NCBI GenBank assembly: GCA_951406725.2
Contig: OX597824.1
Coordinates: 77,624,001-77,688,000, forward strand
Length of the DNA: 64,000 nucleotides
Direction of reading: 5' to 3'
DNA from: Octopus vulgaris
Lineage: Eukaryota
The position numbers and the translations under genes were made by a program. Below, one piece after another: positions 54,441 to 64,000 of the stretch; the stretch's first letter is position 1, and each line of letters begins with the position of its first letter. The notes beneath the pieces were generated by a model. The model saw only the letters and a program-made list of their open reading frames with translations, was not told the origin of the DNA and did not search any database.

Positions 54441-55517
54441 ATGATCATGTTAGAGAAAAAAGAGAGAGAGAAAGACAGAAGTAGGAGGAATGAGAGACAC
54501 AGAGGTGGGGAGTGAGAAAGAGAATAGAAAAACTAAAAAATCCATAATCAATCCGATAATATATGGCAATGATATATGTGCGAAAAATCAGAAAAAAAAA
54601 AGGGGGCGGAAAATGGGAAGAAAAAAAAAAATCAAATTACAATAAAAGCATAATTATTTTAAAAATAGCATTTGCGTAGAAAATTCTATAAAATTAAGGA
54701 TGATGAAGAAAACGCATAAAATAGAATCTCAACAAAAACATTTAAAAATCACACACGCAAAAACAAGTAAAATCGTATTCATGAGTTAAAGCCTTAAGCG
54801 AACTGGTTGAAAGAATATGGCAATTCATGCATAATATGATATTATATTCTGAAAAACAAACAAAGAATGTATTCGGTGTTAAACAAGAATAAACAAGAAT
54901 GTAAAAATGTCATTAAAACAAACAATAAAAAAGCGAGTTTTTTTTTCTTCTTCTTGTGGTTGTTATTATTATTCCTCCCGGTAGAATTGTTTTTTTCTTG
55001 GGGTTTTTTTTTTTTTTTTTTTTTTTTGTTGACTTTATTCCAACTGATGAAATGTTATTAGCAGTATGTTGAAAAAATGTGGAAAAATTGGAATATGAAA
55101 AAGTTTTAAAAGAGTGGGGGGGGGGGAAACAAAAAGTGAAAAGTCCCATAAAAACAGGTTTGAAATGAATAAATGGAATCAAAAGTTATAAACAAATTAG
55201 GCGTGTGTTTTGTTTTTAGTTACAACAAACATGGTTGTTATGTGTGTCTATGTGCTCGTCTGTGTATGCGTCACACATTTCAGTAAACGCGGTGTTGTGT
55301 GTATGTATGTATGCATGCGTATATGTATGTATGTACGCTTGTATGAGTTCATGTCTGTGTGTATGCATGCACGTATACGTGCGTTCATGTGTATATATAT
55401 ATTTAGGTATGTATGCATGCATATATGTATGTATATATATATATATATACATATATACATACATATGTATATATGTATGTATATATGTGTGTGTGTATAT
55501 ATATATACACATATGTA

Positions 55518-55654
<137 letters not shown>

Positions 55655-55662
55655 TACATATA

Positions 55663-56075
55663 GGCGCAGGAGTGGCTGTGTGGTAAGTAGCTTGCTAACC
55701 AACCACATGGTTCCGGGTTCATCCACTGCGTGGCATCTTGGGCAAGTGTCTTCTGCTATAGCCCCGGGCCGACCAATGCCTTGTGAGTGGATTTGGTAGA
55801 CGGAAACTGAAAGAAGCCTGTCGTATATATGTATATATATATATATGTATTTGTATGTGTGTGTGTTTGTGTGTCTGTCCCCTAGCATTGCTTGACAACC
55901 GATGCTGGCGTGTTTACGTCCCCGTCACTTAGCGGTTCGGCAAAAGAGACCGATAGAATAAGTACTGGGCTTACAAAGAATAAGTCCCGGGGTTGATTTG
56001 CTCGACTAAAGGCGGTGCTCCAGCATGGCCGCAGTCGGATGACTGAAACAAGTAAAAGAGTAAAAGAGTAAAGAG
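55663..56075 (+). mobile_element. SINE family B
   Basis: Full-length match. Confidence 0.88.
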
Positions 56076-56113
56076 AGTATATATATATATATTTATATAT
56101 ACACATATGTATA

Positions 56114-56195
<82 letters not shown>

Positions 56196-56817
56196 TATAC
56201 ATATGTGTGTGCGCGTGTGTGTGTATTTGTGTGTGTATGTATGTACGTACCTTTTATGGAGGATATCAATGTATAATTGTACCCACAAACACAGATTTTT
56301 CTGTGTTTGGGGTACTATGTTTGTGTATGTAATTGGGACGCTGTATGGCTGTGTATTTGTGTGTGTGTGTGTGTGTATTATATGCACCAAGAGACAATGA
56401 ATTCTACATGCGCGTGTCTTATATGTATCAACAAGCAAATTATTCCGTGTGCGCGGGGGAGTGTGTATGTTTGCTATATGCCACAGTAAACACAATATTC
56501 TGTGTTTGTGTGTGTTATATATAACGGCAAACACAGTATTATGAGCGTGTATATGCACCAACATACACGGTATTATTATTATGTTCGAGTGCTTTATGCG
56601 TGCTGTATGTGTGTGCATGTGGTGTTTGTATGTAAAATATGTCAGAACGGGTAGGGAATTTATCAGGATGACATATGATACAGCATACAAGGTATTCTCT
56701 CTATGTGGCATGTTTCTTTTGTGCGTGACATGCATTAAACAGCGTAATCACTCACAGACACACATAAAAATTTCACCCGCTCTCTCCTCTCTCTCTCTTT
56801 CTCTCTCTCTCTGTCTC

Positions 56818-56854
<37 letters not shown>

Positions 56855-56880
56855 TTATATATATATATATATATATATAT

Positions 56881-57183
56881 GGAGGCGCAATGGCCTAGTG
56901 GTTAGGGCAGTGGACTCGCGGTCGAAGGATCGCTGTTTCGATTCCCAGACCGGGCGTTGTGAGTGTTTATTGAGCGAAAACACCTAAAAGCTGCGCAAGG
57001 CTCCGGCAGGCTGTGGTGATCCCTACTGTACTCTTTCACCACTCTTTCTCTCTCTCTTTCTTCTGTTGGCCTGCTCGCTTAGCCAGCAGGGTGGCGTCAT
57101 TCGAAGGCTAAAACAATGCGAACGCATTGTGACCAGCGATGTGTAAAACATCTGATGGTCTGGTCGGTCACGTGATCACGTGA
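56881..57183 (+). mobile_element. SINE family A with RTE-type tail, in (TA)n
   Basis: A box TGGCCTAGTGG, B box GTTTCGATTCC; tail ctggtcggtcacgtgatcacgtga. Confidence 0.9.
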
Positions 57184-57210
57184 TATATATATATATATAT
57201 ATACATACAC

Positions 57211-57425
57211 TTTACTCTTTTACTCTTTTATTTGTTTCAGTGATTTGACTGCGGCTATGCTGAAGCACCGCCTTTAGTGAGCAAATAGACCCCAGGACTG
57301 TGTCTTTGGAAGCCTAGTACTTATTATATCGTTCCTTTTTGCCGAACCGCTAAGTTACGGGGACGTAAACACACTACCATCGGTTGTCAAGCGATGTTGG
57401 GGGACAAACAAAGACACACAAAAAA

Positions 57426-57482
<57 letters not shown>

Positions 57483-57637
57483 TATAATCGACGGGCTTCT
57501 TTCAGTTTCCGTCTACCAAATCTACTCACAAGGCGTTGGTCGGCCCGACGCTATAGTAGAAGACACTTGCCCAAGGTTCCACCCGGAACCATGTGTTTGG
57601 TAAGCAAGCTTTTTACCACACAGCCACTCCTGCGGCC
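57211..57637 (-). mobile_element. SINE family B
   Basis: Full-length match. Confidence 0.85.
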
Positions 57638-57851
57638 TATGTACACACACACACACACAAATAGACACCAGGACTGTGTCTTTGGAAGCCTAGTAATATA
57701 TATATATATTATTTTATGTAGAAAAATACAAACTGGGACAAGAACGTACAACATTTAGAAGACTATACAAAAAACACGGACGGGACATTCGAAGCCTTCA
57801 ATCTTCAGTCAAGAACCGGATCATCGTAGCAATTTCGGCTGATTAATCTTG

Positions 57852-57918
<67 letters not shown>

Positions 57919-58542
57919 TGTCATTGTATTTATGTATCTATCTATCTATCTGTTTGTCTCTGTGAGGGTCCCATCGTACAGCACAAGGTATTCTCTGTGT
58001 GGTATACGTTACAGAACGTAAAGTATTCATTGTATGTAACTTAATACTGCGATATAAACTATTCCCTGTGTGAAATATTCCTACAACACAGAGTATTGTC
58101 TTTATGTAAGACACACGATATCCTTTGAGTGACACAATGCATCAGCCCATCCCCTAATCCCTGTGTATGGCGCATTACGAAATACATAAGATAATTTCTC
58201 CATGTGGCACACTACCAAAGCAGATCCACATATTATTCTCTCTTGTGGCACATTACCACACCATATAGAGCAATCTGTGTAAGTGATCCAATATACAACA
58301 TGGTTATTTCTCTCAGTGACAGATTAGCACAATGTTCAGGATATTCTCTGAGTGTATGTGACAAAAAAAAAATTTTGAAAAGACACTCACAGACTTAAAA
58401 CTGACTGCTGAAGGTATTTAGTTTCTTAGGACAAAGGAAGGAAATGGTAACAAGATATCAGGTAGAAAAATAGGAAAGCTGGATCGATTTAGCTGATAAT
58501 GTAAGGCATATTTCAGAAAATAATTTGCGCTTTCTGAATGAT

Positions 58543-58945
58543 AGGCGCAGGAGTGGCTGTGTGGTAAGTAGCTTGCTAACCAACCACATGGCTCCGAGTT
58601 CAGTCCCACTGCGTGGCATCTTGGGCAAGTGTCTTCTGCTATAGCCCCGGGCCGACCAATGCCTTGTGAGTGGATTTGGTAGACGGAAACTGAAAGAAGC
58701 CTGTCGTATATATGTATATATATATATGTGTGTGTGTTTGTGTGTTTGTCCCCCTAGCATTGCTTGACAACCGATGCTGGTGTGTTTACGTCCCCGTCAC
58801 TTAGCGGTTCGGCAAAAGAGACCGATAGAATAAGTACTGGGCTTACAAAGAATAAGTCCCGGGGTCGATTTGCTCGACTAAAGGCGGTGCTCCAGCATGG
58901 CCGCAGTCAAATGACTGAAACAAGTAAAAGAAAAAAAAGAAAAAA
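58543..58945 (+). mobile_element. SINE family B
   Basis: Full-length match; possible gatag TSD. Confidence 0.88.
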
Positions 58946-59010
58946 GATAGACAAGAATTTAATTAGTGTTAATGTAGAAAGAGCCTTCTTAGCAAAGCAT
59001 ATTCTATACC

Positions 59011-59428
59011 CATTTCTTTATTACCCACAAGGGGCTAAACATAGAAGGGACAAACAAGGACAGACATAGGTATTAAGTCGATTACATCGACCCCAGTGCG
59101 TAACTGGTACTTAATTTATCGAACCTGAAAGGATGAAAGGTAAAGTCGACCTCGGCGGAATTTGGACTCACAACGTAACGGCAGACGAAATACCTATTTC
59201 TTTACTACCCACAAGGGGCTAAACACAGAGAGGACAAACAAGGACAGACAGACAGATTAAGTCGATTATATCGACCCCAGTGCGTAACTGGTACTTATTT
59301 AATCGACCCCGAAAGGATGAAAGGCAAAGTCGACCTCGGCGGAATTTGAACTCACAATGTAACGGCAGACGAAATACCGCTAAGCATTTCGACCGACGTG
59401 CTAACGTTTCTGCCAGCTCGCCGCCTTA
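59011..59428 (-). mobile_element. SINE family O dimer with 10-bp TSD attctatacc
   Basis: TSD at 59001-59010 and 59429-59438. Confidence 0.9.
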
Positions 59429-59673
59429 ATTCTATACCGCTTTTGCAGAAGTCGTGAAGAAATAATTACGTACATAAATGTAAACATAAAAACATACGTC
59501 GTGAGTAGGTGTAGAAGTTTTTGATATTCTAAAGAATGACTTACTTAGTGAGAGAATACACGCTGAAAACAAAATGGCTGTCTGTTGATGCAATATAAGT
59601 GATTGGTAGAAGTAGTGGTAGTAGATAGTTTTGGCGGGGAAAGGCGGGCTTAAACTCTGATCATGCATACATA

Positions 59674-60071
59674 TCTTTATATATAAAAGAGAAGTTGTGT
59701 GTCTGTCTCCTACGATTTAGATTCCTAACTACTCCCACATTTTGCGGTGCAGTTTAACCAAAACCGGGTATCTTATAGTCGTGATTCATATCGAGCCCTT
59801 TTGGGTATTAGCGCGCGTCTACGATGAGTCTACGATTTAAAAAAAATTTACCATCATTTTTTTCGATTTTAATGCATTTGTTTCGCTATTAAATAAGGGA
59901 AGTAACTCTCTAAAAATGACTACGATGAGTCAACGATTTAAAAAAAAATTTACCATCATTTTTTTTCCATTTTTAGTGCATTTTTTTGCTATTTTTTAGC
60001 TATAACTCTCTAAAAATGCTTATACAGTTATTTCCCGTACAAACCCGAGCAACGCCGGGCGATGCTGCTAG
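59674..60071 (+). mobile_element. Non-autonomous Helitron, subfamily 2
   Basis: a|TC..hairpin..CTAG|t. Confidence 0.85.
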
Positions 60072-60090
60072 TATACGAATAAATTAATAA

Positions 60091-60166
<76 letters not shown>

Positions 60167-60234
60167 CGTGAAATATAGAATGCAGGAGGCTTAACCCGTA
60201 TCTATGTTTTGAATAATGTGCACGTTTCAGAAAC

Positions 60235-60274
<40 letters not shown>

Positions 60275-60275
60275 A

Positions 60276-60322
<47 letters not shown>

Positions 60323-60326
60323 AATG

Positions 60327-60358
<32 letters not shown>

Positions 60359-60664
60359 AATGTGTATATATATATATATATATATGTAATTAAGACTCAG
60401 TTCAATTAGGCACTTAAGTTGAGGCACCAAGTATGTCCAGTATTGTCCATACAACTCGGAGTTTGGTGAATAAAAAGGTAGAAAATCTGGATCGATTTGG
60501 CTGATAATGAATGGCATATTTCAGAAAATAATTTACGCTTTCTGAATTATATACAAGAATTAAATTAGTGTTAATGTAGAAAAGCCTTCAGCACAAAGCA
60601 TACGCTTCACTGCTTTTCCCGAAGACGCGAGGAAAAAATTATGTACATTATTTACCTTTATATA

Positions 60665-60698
<34 letters not shown>

Positions 60699-60699
<1 letters not shown>

Positions 60700-61068
60700 G
60701 CGGAGAAGTGGCTGTGTGGTAAGTAGCTTGCTTACGAACCACACTGTTCAGTCATTTGACTGTGGTCATGCTGGAGCACCGCCTTTTAGTCGAGCAAATC
60801 GACCCCAGGACTTATTCTTTGTAAGCCTAGAACTTATTCTATAGGTCACTTTTGACGAACCGCTAAGTTACGGGGACGTAAACACACCAGCATCGGTTGT
60901 CAAGCAATTTTCGTTGGGACAAACATAAAACATATATGTACACATATACGACAGGCTATAGCAGAAGACACATGCCATATGTGCCACGCAGAGGGACTGA
61001 ACCCAGAACCATGTGGTTACCATGTAGTTGGTAAGCAAGCTTATTACCACACAGCCACTCATGCGCCT
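60699..61068. mobile_element. Rearranged SINE family B: + head fragment (60699-60745) then deleted minus-strand copy
   Basis: Family B blocks in both orientations. Confidence 0.75.
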
Positions 61069-61212
61069 ATATATATAAACAGAGAGTAAGAGAAACAGAG
61101 AGAAGTAGGGTGTTGTATATGTATACATTCATACCTATAGGCGGTAGATCAATTTTCAAATACCAGAAGCATTTTCCTGTAACATTTTACCATGATACTC
61201 ATCGGGTTGATA

Positions 61213-61595
61213 TCTCTCTATATATAAACGGCAGTTTGTCTCTGTGTGTTTCTGTGTGTCTGTTTGGTTGTACCCTCACTCTGACCACGGCTTTCAACCG
61301 ATTCTGATGAAACTTAACACACACATAGCCCAATGTCATAATTAAAAACTAACGCAGCGAAAATTTTGAAAAGTTCCCCCAGTTCTGAAAAAAATCGATA
61401 AATTCGACATAGGGTCGAGAATCAGAAACACAAACCACAGACTGTCTAGGGGACGCAACTCCACCTTTTTAACTCTCAATAAAATTTACCATAATTTTTT
61501 TCCCATTTTTTTGCTATATTTTGGCTATAACTATCTAAAAATGCTTTATAGTTATTTCCCTTACAAACCCGAGCAACGCCGGGCGATACTGCTAG
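61213..61595 (+). mobile_element. Non-autonomous Helitron, subfamily 1
   Basis: a|TCtctctatatataaacggc..CTAG|t; reverse complement of 9577-9960. Confidence 0.85.
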
Positions 61596-61699
61596 TATAG
61601 TATAAATATTAAACCAGATATTCCAACACGCCATGTAAATGATATAACGACAAAAAGTAACCAAACACACACAAGCATACACACACTCATGCACAACCG

Positions 61700-62024
61700 G
61701 GACCCCCTTCGGTCACGACACTGACCATGGGATTGCACCTAGAAAGTTACCCTCCTAGTCACAAGTCTGGGTATGGTTGTTTATGGAAGACCAGTAGTCA
61801 CCCATGCATACCGGACTCCCCTCTCCACGCCACCAGTGTTATCCAAGGGTAAGGCAAAGGCCGATACAGCTTGGCACCTGTGATGTCGCAACTCATTTTT
61901 GCATATGAGTGAAATGGAGCAACGTGAAATAAAGTGTCTGGCTCAAGAACACAACACGCAGCCCGGTCCGGGATTCGAGCTCACAACCTCACGATCGTAA
62001 GCTCGACGCTCTAACCACTGAGCC
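61700..62024 (-). mobile_element. tRNA-derived SINE family D
   Basis: Reverse complement of 33179-33507. Confidence 0.82.
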
Positions 62025-62368
62025 AACCACACACACACACATACACACGTGCTCGCACACACTCATGCACACGCATTATTCACCAGTCCGTAATTGTTTC
62101 TTACACTCACGCTCACGCGCAGACACACAAAGCCACACACTCACTGGCATACTGGTCATAATTACATGGCATACGATGATTTCCCAGAGGTGAATCTGAA
62201 AAGAAAAGAGAAATCAATGAATGCTTATGGCCCAACAAACATCTCTGGGAATATTTGCTCTCCTTCTTTTCGTTTCATGCAAGTTCGATATATATCTAAA
62301 TGTCTTATAATAATTAATTCTTCAATAATATAAATTCCACCCTATGTGCCAAGCTTTTGAAGCCATAA

Positions 62369-62458
<90 letters not shown>

Positions 62459-62490
62459 CATATACATACATACATATATACATATATATA

Positions 62491-62805
62491 TGGGCAAGTG
62501 TCTTCTTCTATAGCCCCGGGCCGACCAATGCCTTGTGAGTGGATTTGGTAGACGGAAACTGAAAGAAGCCTGTCGTATATATGTATATATGTGTGTGTGT
62601 GTGTGTTGTGTGTCTGCGTTTGTACCCCTAGCATTGCTTGACAAGTGATGGTGGTGTGTTTATGTCCCCGTCACTTAGCGGTTTGGCAAAAGAGACCGAT
62701 AGAATAAGTACTGGGCTTACAAAGAATAAGTTCCGGGGTCGATTTGCTCGACTAAAGGCGGTGCTCCAGCATGGCCGCAGTCAAATGACTGAAACAAGTA
62801 AAAGA
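62491..62805 (+). mobile_element. SINE family B, 5'-truncated
   Basis: Family match. Confidence 0.85.
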
Positions 62806-62847
<42 letters not shown>

Positions 62848-63129
62848 ATATATCCAATAATAAATCTCTGAACGAGGTATAAACAGTAACTGCACGACAA
62901 TGTGAGGTATATTTGCCATCTCAATATGGCTAACCACTAAGGGATGGTGTTACTGTAGCTTGTAGCCCCAGGAGAGCATCGTCTCCAGCTGGCTATAGGC
63001 TCACTTTCTGTGCCCTAACGGTATTTGCAAAGAGAGGTCATCCTTGCCTCGTCAGCCTAAGTGACACGCATGGACTGCATATATAATATATCATATATAA
63101 TATACACACACACACACACACACACACAT

Positions 63130-63184
<55 letters not shown>

Positions 63185-63208
63185 TATATATATATATGTA
63201 TATATATA

Positions 63209-63600
63209 GGCGCAGGAGTGGCTTTGTGGTAAGTAGCTTGCTTACCAGTCACACCGTTCCGGGTTCACTCCGACTCCGTGGCACCTTGGGCAGTCTTGTA
63301 CTATAACCTCGGGCCGATCATAGACCAGTCAATGGATTTGCTAGACCGAAACTGAAAGAAGCCCGTCGTATAAATATATACATGTGCGCATGTGTGTGCA
63401 TCTATGTTTGTCCCCCACCCCTACCATCACTTGACAACCGTAGTTGGTGTATTTACGTCCCCGTAACTTAGCGGTTTGACAAAATTGACCGATAGAATGT
63501 GTACTAGGCTTACAAAGAGTATGTCCTGCGGGTCGATTTGTTCGACTAAAAGCGATACTCCAGCAGGGCCCCAGTCAAATGACTGAAACAAATAAAAGAA
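63209..63600 (+). mobile_element. SINE family B, diverged
   Basis: Family match. Confidence 0.8.
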
Positions 63601-64000
63601 TATAATAATAAAATAATATATATATATATTCTTAACCTAGAATATTATTGATAGTGGTAATTGAGTTGTAGCGTGGTTTGTGGTGGAGAGGTGTTCTGGA
63701 CAAATTTTTACTGATGAAATTTGCGCTTATGTTATTGTTTAGAACTTATTCATGCATGTAAACCTTTGTCAGCTAGAGTGTATATTTAGGTGTGCCTCCT
63801 TCAGATCATAGGCCTGTTTTTGAGCGATCAAAATAACGAAGGACATTTGAAGTACTTTTAATTATTTTTGTTTTATTGGATTTAATTCTTGGCTTTGACA
63901 ATGTACATATATTTGACATATACATGTATATTATGCTACCAGTATATCTAAGACTACACGTGTTGGCTATTTCAGTTACATCCTAAACAAGTGAGAGAAC

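Noticed and set aside
62995-63060. Minus-strand CTGACGA...GAAA with tagg/ccta stem
   Set aside because: Stem II, stem III and the UH triplet do not form convincingly

Overview
Eukaryotic, AT-rich, microsatellite-saturated repeat DNA with no recognisable host exon. The SINE families and (TA)n/(GATA)n load suggest an octopus genome (inference). Nearly all short ORFs in the track are microsatellite artefacts. Recognisable elements: an R4/Dong LINE plus a second Dong 3' end in (TAA)n, a 5'-truncated CR1 LINE, RTE and Tx1-like 3' ends, two mariner remnants, four non-autonomous Helitrons plus a decayed Helitron helicase, many tRNA-derived SINEs, and a 2.18-kb ORF1-only LINE derivative with a perfect 15-bp TSD. 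The main hidden signal is a dense set of hammerhead-ribozyme (HHR) motifs (CTGAnGA-stem II-GAAA-palindrome-TH, closed by stem I) in several unrelated non-coding repeats. Two occur as circularly permuted, longer-than-unit copies (563- and 484-bp units). Six loci form head-to-head inverted duplications with the same polarity, most flanked by microsatellite. This fits Penelope-mobilised, retrozyme-like elements that may produce circular RNAs. All RNA structures were read by eye and are untested.
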